Part shown: positions 41,330 to 53,939 of the stretch, one piece after another | How the letters are laid out: each line of letters starts with the position of its first letter | Numbering within the stretch: the stretch's first letter is position 1 | Position numbers and translations under genes: made by a program | Source of the DNA: Octopus bimaculoides | Taxonomy: Eukaryota | Length of the DNA stretch: 64,000 nt | Direction: 5' to 3' | NCBI RefSeq assembly: GCF_001194135.2 | Contig: NC_068989.1 | Location: 37,878,954-37,942,953 of the forward strand | Notes under the pieces: generated by a model | The model's database searches: none | Told to the model about the DNA's origin: nothing | The model's input: only the letters and a program-made list of their open reading frames with translations

Positions 41330-42600
41330 CAGATAGTCCGTTGTAGAATTTGTTGCTATTGACGCTGGAAAATTTCCATCTTTTACAGAAAAGACTTGCT
41401 GTGCTCATATAATTATCCTTTATTATTCCTTACTATAGCTTTCCATCCTTTATCCTCTGTAATTAGAAAATTCTCACCATGATAAAATAGTTGAAAGTTT
41501 CTTAATTTATCATTTGTCAATAAAACTGCATCTACGCTTATAAGTGTTTCTGTTGTTTTGTTATAACATCATAATATACCTTTTCCTTTACATTCTTTCT
41601 GTTTTTTTTTTTTGTAATTATGTCAACAACATTTGCTGCTTTTTCAATATTTTCAAATTCTATAGATAAATTGGATAGCATATTATTACCATGGTAATCA
41701 TCCAAACAATAATTCATACAGTGCTCTTGTTGTTGTACAAGGCACACTTATACAGACAAGTAAAAACTGATCCAATTCATCATACCAATCTCTACCACCA
41801 GAAACAATTGTTTTCAAACATTTTAAAATTTTGCTTTGTCTTTTGACTCCAATTAATTTAAATCAGTAAAAGATTTTACTGTGATCAAATGGGTGTTGAA
41901 TATTTTAAATGGGTTTTCTCTTTGTTTAGAAATTGAATACATTTCTGGGATGTAAATTGTAGTCCATTATCAATTTTAATATTTTTCTGGAATATTGAAA
42001 ACAGACTTTATATTATCCAGTGCAGAATTAATGTATTTACTTATTGTAGGAATTTTGCAACAAATTCTAACACAAATCCCTTTTCTGAAATAATAAACTG
42101 TTACTTATTTAAGATAAGATCCGGAATTGCTGATGGTCTGTGTTGGCTCATTGGATCTGTAGGAAGGTTCCAAGAAAAATTTGATCAGTTCAGTTGCCAT
42201 GAGGAGGGAAAAGTCTAATATTTTGTTCTCCTGTCCATCCGATAAGGGTGAGAAAGATATAGAAAGCATGTTGTTTTTGGTACAAGCTAGTGATCAAAGT
42301 AAGAATATTCTAATATTCCTCACTTTCAGTGGAAGAACAAGATTTTTCACTCCTCACAACAATTCAGTTCATTTATAAACTTTGCTTCTACATTTAAGCT
42401 CTTCTAAATAGTCACGCGTCACTGAAAATTACTGATAATAATTTTGTTTGAGAAGATCTGTCAAGCCAAGTGTAATCGTATTCGTGGCTGATGCTGGTGT
42501 CATTAGCTCACCTCAGTTTTGGGCTGCAGGTCTAAATAGCCCTTGGCAGGAGCTAGCCTAAGAGTCTAAACGGAGTGTGGCTTTTAAGCTAGTATCTAAT
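41330..42600 (-). mobile_element. Highly degraded Gypsy/Ty3 pol relic (integrase core; RNase H-integrase junction less certain)
   Basis: 41330-41860: GVKRQSKILKCLKTIVSGGRDWYDELDQFLLVCISVPCTTTRALYELLFG* resembles integrase NG.VERQN..LK.L......DW..EL..FLLAYRS.P..TT...ELLFG; weaker EYDYT and W.G...HG motifs at 42200-42500. Confidence 0.6.
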
Positions 42601-43317
42601 AAAAATGTATATTTTAAACTTCAAATTGAGATTAGTTTTTGTTTACGGTTTAGCCTTCAGTTTATTTGCAATTCAACTAAAATGTTATAAGCAATGGTTG
42701 TACAGTTTTCAAGTGCATATAATATCTTCACTTGTGGAAACAAATGCAAAAGTAACCAGTACAACATTTGTAACCATTGCAAGCTGCAAATATCTGATAA
42801 ATTATGTGATATATTTTAGACATGGTGAATATCTCCAGATGTTGTGTGAATTCTCAAACTTAACTTAAGTGGATACAATTCATTGTGGGTAACAATGCTG
42901 TAATTTTACCTGATTCTTCATACAATTCTATTTGATGGAATCCTCTATTGTATGTCAATTTTACTAAATAACTAGCCATCACTCAACCATTTTCAAGTGG
43001 TGTGTAAATGAAATGGTGGTTGATACACATATACATGCATACATTCAAAAATGCATACATAGATACTTACATGCATGTATACATACATGCATGCATGCAT
43101 ACATACACACATACATACATAAAGAAAAAGGAGGTAGTCAGGATTTAGAAAAGAACTATTTATTTAGTGCTTTTGACCCTTTGCAGGATTCATTATGAAT
43201 GATTCATGATGATTCTCTCAAAGGATGATAGTGCTAAATAAATAGTTCTTATCCAAATCTTGACTGTCTCCTTTTTCTTAATATATAAAATCTGCATACC
43301 ACCTCAAACAATCTGTG

Positions 43318-43362
<45 letters not shown>

Positions 43363-43379
43363 TCATTTGTTTTTACATC

Positions 43380-43875
43380 CATGTTTTCATGCTAGCATGG
43401 GTTTGAAGAATATATTAATTAGGTAGAGCTTTATGGCTAAATACCTTTTTTATCTTTAGACTTTACCAACTTTTCAAGTAAAGGATCTTTTACTCCACAT
43501 ATTTTCCTCATCAATATGTTACATCTAGAGAAGAAGGGAAAAGTGTGGCAGCTAGAAGTATAGAAGATGATATTCACTGCCGAGAAGGGGTACAAGTAAT
43601 GTGTTGTCAAGATAGCTATAAGCAAATAATGTCAATGAGGAAGTGGTGGCAAGATATACTGGAGGATAAGTGCAGAAGTATTACAGATGTGAATAGATGC
43701 AATGCAATCTCGTTACACAGGTAGCATAATTGGAGGAGAGAAGGTTAGAGAGATACAGAGGGTGGCATGGAGATTGTGTATAAACAGAATAGTGTGTGAA
43801 CAGAAAGAGAGAGAGAGCAACATACAGGAGAGTGATGAATAGATAAGAGAGGAAGAAGATAGATACTTTGCAGTA

Positions 43876-43922
<47 letters not shown>

Positions 43923-45330
43923 TCACATATGCATATGATATATACATTTACCCAAATTTTATCTAACATTTTGCCAGGCTTGCACGAAATATAACACATT
44001 GAGATCAGTCTTCTTTCTTCCATACTAATCTGATTCCTCTTAAAGGTTTTCTCTCAGATCCTTTGTACTCTATTGTGCATGTACATTAATATTTTATGTC
44101 TAGTTCAACAGGTTCACTTCATTCCTTTGAAGTCTTTGCATATCTGTATACAGGATCCCATGTCTTAACACTTTGCAGTATCACAGTTTGTAAGTAAGCA
44201 CTCTAGAGTCTGTTCTTTACTCTGAAGGAAAAGTCCTTTGCTGCTCCAAAGTTAATAATTCTCTGGTTACTACACTTTTAGAAAACCTACCCCCACTAAT
44301 AAAATTATTTAGGTAAAAGAACTATCATATACTTCTATAGAGCTGTCTAGGTATTTGAGAGAGCTTATTTTCCATATGCTCTTAATAACTGTTACTCCTG
44401 TACCTTTGTACCAGACAAATTTATATTTTCTCTGTTAGCCTGCCTCTGAATCAACATCTCTTATGTATTCATTGCTTGCCTTCAGCACTCTGTAAGAAAT
44501 TTCTGCTTAGTCTCTTCTTTTTTTTTTTCCATATCAAGCATAGTCATTTCCTTTAAGGATTTTTGCTATTCTGCATTTTGATCTGTATCTAGAATTCTTC
44601 TCCAAATCTTCCAATTATTCAGCTATAAGAGGTAAATCACCAACAGCAGTCTTAAACCTCTGTTATAGCTTGGAGCACCATAATAAACAGAAGAGGGTCA
44701 ATAACTCAACCCTGATGAACATCTTCCTGCACACTAAATTTTTCACGGGACTCATTCTGACTATCACCTTGCTGACTGTGACTCTGTCAGTGGAATGGTC
44801 ATCACAGACATTTCATCTACTCTTCACATTTTCCTTAGTGACCACTAGATTACAGAGCATTGAACCTAGTCAAAGCCTTCCCTATCTTGAATGTTAAATA
44901 TAGTGGATTACTCCTAAATAAGTATTTCCCCTGCAGTTGTCTGACAAGGAATATAGCATTGGTAAATCTTTTTCCTAGTGCAAAACTGAACATCTCATTG
45001 AGTCTAATCCTGTCCCTGATCAATTTCACTATAAATCTTTCTGTAACTTTCATAACTTGGTCTAACACTTGTACTTTCTTTCCTTTCTAGTATTACACAT
45101 TTGCTCTTGCAGCAATTTATAATTATGCTGCTATACCAGTCTTTGGGTATACCTTCTTCCTGTATTACTTTATTGACTATTCTAGTAATTTATCTGTATC
45201 CTACTTTGTTAGATATTTGAAACATTTCTGTGAGTAACTCTGATAGACTGGCAACTTTCTCTGTTATAATATCATTGATTGCTCTGTCAACTTGAATGAC
45301 TGTTCGTTCTGTTGGATCTACTCTTTCTCT
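43380..45330 (-). mobile_element. RTE-clade LINE relic interrupted by (TA)n/(CA)n
   Basis: 44850-45068 LDQVMKVTERFIVKLIRDRIRLNEMFSFALGKRFTNAIFLVRQLQGKY parallels the 31816 copy; decayed RT and C-terminus extend to ~44000; purine-rich (antisense) 3' region at 43400-43800. Confidence 0.8.
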
Positions 45331-46137
45331 TTCTCTTCGCTACATTCTTCACATTTAGCAATTTCTCATTGTAGCACTGCTCTTGACATAGCAATGCAAA
45401 TTCTTAAAACCCAATCTTTTTCTATTGTTTTTATTTTGACTTCAGTACAATGAAATGGATCTAAAAAGCAAGCCATTTAACTTTCATATTATGTTATTTT
45501 TTAAAGCTTATCCAAAGTAGACTCTTTTTGTCTCTGTGGCTGAAATGGTATTGAGTGAGACTCAAGGGAAACTGAAATAATTAGTTTCTCAACGAATAAT
45601 TTTGGCTGGAAAATGCCTAATTTACCCAAACCATTAAATGTAACTTGAAAATTATCATGCACATGAAGGAAGTTTATGTTTAAATGAATGAGATCCATAT
45701 CCTTTGACATTTATACCAACATTGCTTGTCCACATCCATTGATTAACAAATGTTCCAATGACAATTTTATTATGATGTTTAACATCAGTAATGAAATTTT
45801 CAATTACCTTTATTAGTTCAGAACCATAATACAATATATTATAACATCTCATTGATTTTCAAGTTATTTTTCCTGTCCTTTATCATGCCCTGTGTCTTAG
45901 CCTCAATGATGTCTATTGATTATCATGAATCGAGAAGGTGGATGAGAATGTTACTAGCAGAGCAGGTTATCATATTCTCTCTTATATTGTCACTATTAAC
46001 TTTAAAGCTATAATGAAGTGAACTTCTAAAAATGGACATATGTCTCTGAAATTCCTGTCACTGTCATCACCATCATTACCCATGACATATACAGGTTGTC
46101 AAGAATTTGCAACATCTGGTAAAATGTTCAATATATT

Positions 46138-46340
46138 GATTTCAAATTTTGGCACAAGGCCAGCACTTTTGGTGGCAGGAGTTACTCAACTACATTCTCC
46201 CCAGTGCTCAGCTGGTACTTATTTTTTTGACCCTGAAAGGATGAAAAGCAAAGATGACCTCAGCAGAATTTGAACTCAGAATGTAAAGATGGATGAAATA
46301 CAGCTAAACATTTGTAATGATTCTGCCAACCCACTGCCCT
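46138..46340 (-). mobile_element. SINE type A
   Basis: ttcaaattttggcacaaggccagc...ctggtacttattttttgaccctgaaaggatgaaaagcaaagatgacctcagcagaatttgaactcagaatg. Confidence 0.8.
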
Positions 46341-46428
46341 AAAATGTCCAATTTATTGACATATATTTCATTGAACATTCCTTGTGGGACATTGAATATC
46401 TCTTGATGTTTACTTTACTTCATAAAAA

Positions 46429-46926
46429 TTAGGAAAGATATATTTGTAATTGTCCGATATGTTTAAATCTAATTGCCATGCGATTTTCTAGAATTATAAC
46501 AGAAACATTTCTTTCTAGTTTGTCATGATATTCTATTATTTTGAAAATATTTTTACACATTCTATTATTTATTAAATCTTGAGTAATTCTATTTAGATTA
46601 CTTTCCTTCTGATATTCCTTGGATTCAATAACAATTATTTTTAATACTGTCCATATCTTCACATCATTTTATATCCTGCATCTTTTCATGAATTGAAAAA
46701 CAATTACTTCTTCATTATAACGTTTTTCAATAATATGATCAAATACTATGACATCTTTTTGATCCTTAAAATTACTGTATTTGGTTTGTTCATTTAAGTG
46801 AATATAAAACTGGTCTGTGGATAAATCTTCATATTGCATAACATCAAGGGAAATGTAATGTTCATAAATTGTCTTTTGGTGTTCATGTGTACAGAGGATA
46901 TCAGAAATATAGAAATATAGAAACTG
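46429..46926 (-). pseudogene. Coding relic of unknown identity (165 codons, one internal stop)
   Basis: 85 open codons (46926-46672), TAA, then 79 open codons in the same frame in very AT-rich DNA; no family recognised with confidence. Confidence 0.4.
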
Positions 46927-47581
46927 CTATTTTTACTTCATCTTTTATATTTTTCTTTTGTTTCAGTAGAGGTCTTTGGATATTTATACTAGCAAATTGT
47001 AACACTAGGGCTCTCCTCCTCATAAGCTATCAACTTTTTTTTTTTACCAATGGTACAGTTTGCAAAAGACTAGCAATTTTATTCTATTTAGGGAGGTTGT
47101 TGTTAACAGTTTTAGAAAGAAAAGAAAATTTTAAATTGCATAACTAAAGTCCATTTGTTATCATGTCACCTACAGTTAAATCACAAATAAACTGGAATTC
47201 CAAACAGTATGTCTATATTCTATATACTTCAGTTGTCATTGTTATTTAGCGCTTAAGTCATCTCTGATCAAGCAAGCCATGTCTATCCCATCTCATTATA
47301 CATCTAGGACTACATTTTAAATGCGTCTTTTCATTACTTTTAAGACTCTAAGTTTTAATTTCGAAAACATATTGCATGACATCATCAGTGTAGACAAAAC
47401 AGCTATATTGGTGCATAATCCACATATATAGAAAATATTGTAGGTATATGAATAATAAAATAATTGTTCCTATCAGAATCCAACAGGAGAATAGCATGAG
47501 GAATCTGCCCCTACAACCCTCCCAGGAATAAGTGGGTGAAGATGAGATGAGGTGAAAATGATTATTTGTTACATAGGCAAA

Positions 47582-47770
47582 AGGTAGGAATTTTGCAGGG
47601 AAGGGCTAGTTGATTAAATTGATGCTGGAATTGGTACTTTAGTTAATAGACTCCAGAAAAATGAAAGGCAAAACTGACCTTGGTGGAATTTGAACTCAGA
47701 ATGAGAAGAGCTAGCTAGAACAAATACTGCAGGGCATTTTTTCTGATACTTTAATAATTCTGCCAATATG
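47582..47770 (-). mobile_element. SINE type A
   Basis: tggtactttagttaatagactccagaaaaatgaaaggcaaaactgaccttggtggaatttgaactcagaatg...ttctgcc. Confidence 0.7.
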
Positions 47771-47835
47771 AACAGCTAGCAATATATATAACACAGGGAA
47801 TACACAACAGTAAGTTTACAAAATCACACGCAGCG

Positions 47836-47859
47836 CTAAATAGTTCTGAGAAGTTCAAA
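47836..47859 (-). CDS. Candidate terminal coding exon (FELLRTI*)
   Basis: Strong acceptor tttctctctgtgtcttcaactgttatacaacag; in phase with exon 48112-48189; prediction only. Confidence 0.25.
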   Translation of the reverse strand, partial: FELLRTI

Positions 47860-48111
47860 CTGTTGTATAACAGTTGAAGACACAGAGAGAAACTATGGTA
47901 CATCAGTGTCATTTTCAATCACCATCAAGTGTACATATTTCTTGAGTGAGCCTGAATTAGGAGCCTGAATTTCTAAACTAAGGAAAATAATATTTTTATC
48001 CATTAATCTACTGTTTCATGCAGTGAAGATGTAAACATTGAACAATTTTTCCCCTCTAATGATGAGGCTAATAGTCTGAAAATTATCTTATTCGAATAAT
48101 TTAACGTTCAC

Positions 48112-48189
48112 CTTGTTAATGGATATAACAGCTGAACTTGCTCTCTGCAACTTGTTTTTGCTGGTAAATTTATGAAATGCATAAAGTGT
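48112..48189 (-). CDS. Candidate 78-nt internal exon (TLYAFHKFTSKNKLQRASSAVISINK)
   Basis: Acceptor tatactttttacttcccattttataacag, donor AAG|gtgaac, length divisible by 3, two frames open; unique non-repeat sequence. Confidence 0.4.
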
Positions 48190-48503
48190 CTGTTATAAAA
48201 TGGGAAGTAAAAAGTATAAATATGGCATGAAACTTTATTGTTAGTGCAACAAATAATGATATTTAATGTTGTGATACCTGACACAGTACAAAAATTTATT
48301 ACTAGATACATATAAGTATAATTTAGTTCTCATAACTCCAGTATAGACAAGCAATGATTACTTTATAAATATAAATGTCAAAATATATTGAACTAGTTAT
48401 AAATTTAACATCTTTGAATTCTTTAAAGTCATTAAATGTTATATATACATCATACACACATATACATGAAATTTCTGCATGCATTCATAAACACCTATAT
48501 ATA

Positions 48504-48562
<59 letters not shown>

Positions 48563-48675
48563 ATATATATATTATTATTATTATGATTATTATTATTAAT
48601 ATTATTATTATTATTATTACTATCATTATTATTTAAAGCAGTTTGATTTGACACTGGCTGGTATATATGTATCAC

Positions 48676-48777
48676 ATGTGAATCGTTGGCAATTTCTTCC
48701 TCCGTCTTCCATTCTATTGGACTTTCCTCTGTTTCCGAAGAAGAGTGGCTGCTTGAAGCATTAAACCATCTTTCCAT
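48676..48777 (-). CDS. Candidate exon (MERWFNASSSHSSSETEESPIEWKTEEEIANDSH)
   Basis: CpG-retaining, protein-like unique segment; upstream acceptor cacag|GA; weak donor CAT|gtgata. Confidence 0.3.
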
Positions 48778-48862
48778 TCCTGTGCATCTGCTAATACACT
48801 ACATGTACCACGTACTCACGTTGTTGTTGTTTTTTTGTGTTAGTTCTTTTGGATTTACTATT

Positions 48863-48907
<45 letters not shown>

Positions 48908-48989
48908 TGCCCCAGACATCTGTTTTATAACATACCTCTATGATGATGTAAGGGCAGAACTACGTATTTCATCATTTCTTGTCTTATAA

Positions 48990-49780
48990 GTTATCTCTTT
49001 CATTACTCAGAACCACATCTTTTGCACTCCATTCTTTATTCTTAATATTGCCTCTTCCCATTCACATATTCCATTGACCATTGTCTCTGTGTTATCAGAT
49101 ATTCCACCCTCTTTTCCAAATCACTTCTTGCTGATTCACTTCTATGTACTTCAGACCACTGCCACCCTATCCCCTATTTTCCTTCCAACTCAAGTTTATG
49201 ATTAACCACATCCCCCTTAGCTAATCATTTACTATATTCACTCCCTACTGCATACCCCTATCTCACTCTCCTCATACACTACTGCAACCTTCACCCTTCT
49301 TGTTCTTCTGTCTCCATTCTGTCTTATATAGACTGTTTTGAATCTTGGGCACACAATCTAACATACTGCAAAAATCATCTTTACCTCTCTTTCCAGCTCC
49401 ACCCTAATTATTTTCACTCACAATTACATAATGTTGGGTAGCCATGTATCTCCAATGCAAAATGAAACCTGTTTTTTGTCTCTTCTTTCATACATTAATC
49501 TATCAACACTTACCTTAAATCCACCTCCCTCTCTACTATAGTCCTACTCAGTCAAGAAGTTACATGGCAACCACAAAAGTGCTGGTGCCATGACAAGAAA
49601 AAAGCACCTAGCACACTCTGTAAAGTGGTTGGCATTAAGAAGGGCCTTCCAGCTGTAAAAACCATACCAATGCAGACACTGGAGCATGATGCAATCCTCC
49701 AACTCACCAGATTCTGTTGAACCATCCAACCCATACTAGTATAGTAAATAAATGATTAATGATGATGATGATGATGATGA
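48990..49780 (+). mobile_element. Pyrimidine-rich repeat plus RTE-type 3' tail with (GAT)n
   Basis: gggtagccatgtatctcc motif at 49436; tail aaagcacc...gtggttggcattaagaagggc...cccatactagtatagtaaataaatgattaatgatgatg. Confidence 0.6.
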
Positions 49781-51010
49781 TAGTGACAGAACATTCATAG
49801 AATACACTTGCTAAAATATCTTCTTGTCTAAGAGTATTTTGAGAAGAAGTTAGATGTATATTAGAAAAAGTAAAATACTTTAGGTTTAGAAAATAGTATT
49901 TCGATTTTACATTTGAAGTCTGAAATACACAGAAATTTTTCAGCAGTTATTTTCAAAGCATCCAATGTTCTGATGTATTTTTCTATGCATCTTTTCTTAA
50001 CACTGATGTTCACTGGCATTAGATGACTTTATTGGAAATGATTTTTTTTAGCTGATAATAAAAAGAATGTTTGCCAGTTAAGCAAGAACTGATACATTTG
50101 CAGATCAAGATTATGTTATTTCAATATATAATAATTCATATTGGAGAAATAAGTCTAGAAGCAGTGTTAGCAACAACATGGACACAGATGTTATTGAACT
50201 ATTTAAAAAATATTTTGGTAGTTTCAAAACATTTAAATATATTTTCTTGTGTTTCTAAAAGTAATTTTAAATATTTTTTTTTAAGCAATAAGATGTTATG
50301 AATATATATCATACATGGGTTGTACATTTCTGGAATAAGGAATGGGTAAATTGTTTGTGGAAAATAAACCATATGAGCAGACTGAGAAGAATTTGGCAAG
50401 AACTATTTAGATTAAACCTAAAACTATTTGTCAATATGGGTGTGCTTAAGCAATAAGATGACACTCACAGAAATAGTATACTGCAGTTTGTCCATCTCTT
50501 GTCAATAAAAGGAAAAAAGGAAATATCTTTTTATGATGATGTTGACAATGACAATGATGATGATGATGAAAATGATGATGATGATGGTCATGAATTGCAA
50601 TATTCAGCTCCTAAGAATTATGATAAAGTTAATGAGAATATTGCTACGATACATTGTTAAGAAATCTTGATATAGCATGTTGGTTTCAATTGTTAACCAG
50701 TAGACATGTGATGCAACTATATTGATTGGTAATCTAATAGAGACTTGGCTTTGGCAATTGGATTCAGTTTTGGGATTCTCTTCAAATCCCTTCCATTTAC
50801 ATTCTATTTTCTCATAATTCAAATTGAGAAAAGTGAATAGCAGCCAACGCCTTATGTGAATACCACATACTGAATTGATGTAAAGAACTTTTAAGTTTTT
50901 TTGGTTTGTACTTTCAGATTATTTTATATGTTTTTATCTATCTAGTTATTACTATTTTATTGTTCATGTATAGGCATTTTAGATATTTTTTCTTTTATTA
51001 CTAATAGAAG

Positions 51011-51043
<33 letters not shown>

Positions 51044-51364
51044 ACACACACACACATACATGCATATAATAATGATGAATATTTTCACATGTTGTATATT
51101 CTCATAAAGCTAGAGCTAAGCTATGGCTTCAATACTGCTAAAAGGATGGGAGATAAATTACTATTTGGATAGGATGCTAGTCTTTCACATGTAACATTCT
51201 TATATCTAATAGGAACCTATTCTCTACAGCAAAAAGAAGCAGGGAATATGGAATAGTGTTCCACTTAGGGGCATAATGAAAAATCTTGCAGAGGATATGA
51301 ATCATAATATAAATCCTGAGAGGACAGTGCAATAATTTATGTTGTCAGCCATTTTACCTCCACT

Positions 51365-51439
<75 letters not shown>

Positions 51440-51461
51440 TTGCATATACATGCACATATAA

Positions 51462-51651
51462 NNNNNNNNNNNNNNNNNNNNNNNNNNNNNNNNNNNNNNN
51501 NNNNNNNNNNNNNNNNNNNNNNNNNNNNNNNNNNNNNNNNNNNNNNNNNNNNNNNNNNNNNNNNNNNNNNNNNNNNNNNNNNNNNNNNNNNNNNNNNNNN
51601 NNNNNNNNNNNNNNNNNNNNNNNNNNNNNNNNNNNNNNNNNNNNNNNNNNN
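51462..51651. other. Assembly gap flanked by (CA)n and (TA)n
   Basis: Direct reading. Confidence 1.
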
Positions 51652-51702
<51 letters not shown>

Positions 51703-52519
51703 AATGCACACACACATAAATAAACACACATGGCCCAACCAGCAAGCCACCACCTAAATTGATACATATATTGTTATTGTCACTCCACTCTCCATCCATC
51801 TAATTGATATTTAGCTGTCTTGCAGGGGCTTCTGCATCATTTATGATTACCATTTGCTTTCATTCATTTATTCATTCATATTTTTTTTATTTTATTTATT
51901 TCTTCTCTTATTGATTTAGTTATATTTTAATGTCTACAGCCCATGGCACTTAATATATTTGACCGAATACCAAACATGATTCTATTACCAATCAATGATC
52001 TATATTGGTCTAAATTCAGAATCATTTCCATCATTTTGACTTCTTTTTGTCCATTTTCCTATTTTATTTTCCCCTTCTTCACTGTTTTATCATCATTATA
52101 TTTTACAGTTCTATAAAAAGAAGTTAAATTCACTTGCTATTTCTGTTGCTGGAGTATTGTGGAGATCTTGCTATATGCTTGTATCTGGTTAAAAAATAGA
52201 AAAATAATACCCAAAGAACAACAATAACAACAATAATAAAGTAAGAACAGATATGAAGTGCAGGAAAACTTTTATACAGTAGATACAAAATGTCCCTCAT
52301 CCTAGACCATGAATTTGATAAGAAGCATAATTAAACTGGGCACAAAACCAATCCCATGATACTACAAACCATCATCATTGCTGATGATAACGATAATAAT
52401 AATAAAATTGACAAGGCATATTGACAAAACAGGACATTTTTTTTTTCTCTACCAAGGCACTGTGCCTATTTTGCTGGATCAGTTTATCAGTTTGTATTTT
52501 TTGTTCTTTCTTCTTCTTC

Positions 52520-52590
<71 letters not shown>

Positions 52591-52602
52591 CATCATCATC
52601 AT
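52520..52602. repeat. (CAT)n microsatellite preceded by (CTT)n
   Basis: Direct reading. Confidence 0.95.
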
Positions 52603-52603
52603 T

Positions 52604-53290
52604 AAGGCAGCGAGCTGGCAGAATTTTTAGCATACTGAGTAAAATACTTAGTGGTATTTTGTCTGCCTCTACGCTCTGAGTTCAAATTCCTCAAAGGTCA
52701 ACTTTGCTTGGCATCCTTTCGGGGTCAGTTAAATAAGTACCAGTTATGCACTGGAGTCGATGTAATTGACTTAATCCCTTCCCCCAAATGTGAGACCTTG
52801 TGCTTCCAGTAGAAAGGATTATTATTATTATGATTATTATTATTTAAGATGGCAAGCTGGCAAAACTTGCATGCTAGACAAAATGTGTAATGGTATTTTT
52901 TCCAGCTTTTCATATTCTGAGTACAGATATTGGCTGTCATTCTTAGATTGTAGATAAAATAAAGTTCCAGTCAAGTACTGGGGGCAATGTATTTGACTTA
53001 ACCTCCTCTTAAAATTGTTGGCCTTCAGCCAAAATTATAAAGAATTATTATTATTTTTATAATTATTATTTTGTCATATAAGGCAGCAAGCTGGTAGAAT
53101 AATTGCACAATGGACAAAATGCTTCTAAACATTTTGTCCATCGTTATGTTCTGAGTTCGAATTCCAAGGTTGAATTTGCCTTTCATCCTTTTGGGGTTCA
53201 TAAAATAAATACCAGTTGAGCACAAGGTTCAAGCAATCAACTAACCTCCCCTAAAATTTCAGGTCTTGTACCAATTGTAGAAAGGATTGT
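52604..53290 (+). mobile_element. Three head-to-tail type A SINEs joined by (ATT)n
   Basis: Heads aaggcagcgagctggcagaa (~52604), aagatggcaagctggcaaaa (~52846), aaggcagcaagctggtagaa (~53080); each followed by the gagttc..att and aagt/aataccagt core. Confidence 0.85.
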
Positions 53291-53939
53291 TATTTGGTCA
53301 CATAAGTGTTAATAAGCTATATCTAAAGCTACTGAATTAGAGATTATGGATATTTGTATTCATCTCTGAATTTTTTACTTCTGTAGATATTTCAGTCTGT
53401 GACTATTTAAAGATGCCGAGACATAGTTATACCATCCAATTTTTAAAACTTTATTTAATTTTTTTATGCCAAGACAGCTTAGAAATCTGATTGGATGTAT
53501 TTATATGTGAGTGAAAAACTGTAATGGTGAGTAACAGAGAAAACTGAACATCTTTGTTGCACTTCAAATGTTGTCAATTTGATATTGATTCTTTTCATTC
53601 CTTCTTCATTTTGATAGTTTTTTTCTTTTTGCCATTGGATACCCTTCGCATAACAAACCATCCACCCCACATTATGGACTAGATGTATTTCATGAAGCCC
53701 CTTGCAACAGAGAGGTTGTCTCTGTCATGATTAAAATGTACCCTCTCTCCCACATCCATCTGTTTATTCCTTTCTTACTATAATGTCACATCATAATCAA
53801 GGAATATAGTGGAGTAACAGAAAGAGCAGAGTGCCAAATTAGAGTTCTCACAATATTTAGGTAACTTTGTTCTTTATCTTTGTGAGATTATCAAAATATG
53901 TACTTGCTGTTTTATTAGAGATGCTCTTACTGAATATTG

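Noticed and set aside
42105-42156. Minus-strand exon candidate DPMSQHRPSAIPDLILNK with good splice sites
   Set aside because: Lies within the Gypsy relic at the position of the integrase P..PM...P motif; better explained as TE sequence
52375-52630. Poly-His/poly-Met/poly-Ile ORFs (also poly-Ser/Asp at 36946-37186)
   Set aside because: (CAT)n repeats at SINE junctions with no flanking coding or splice support
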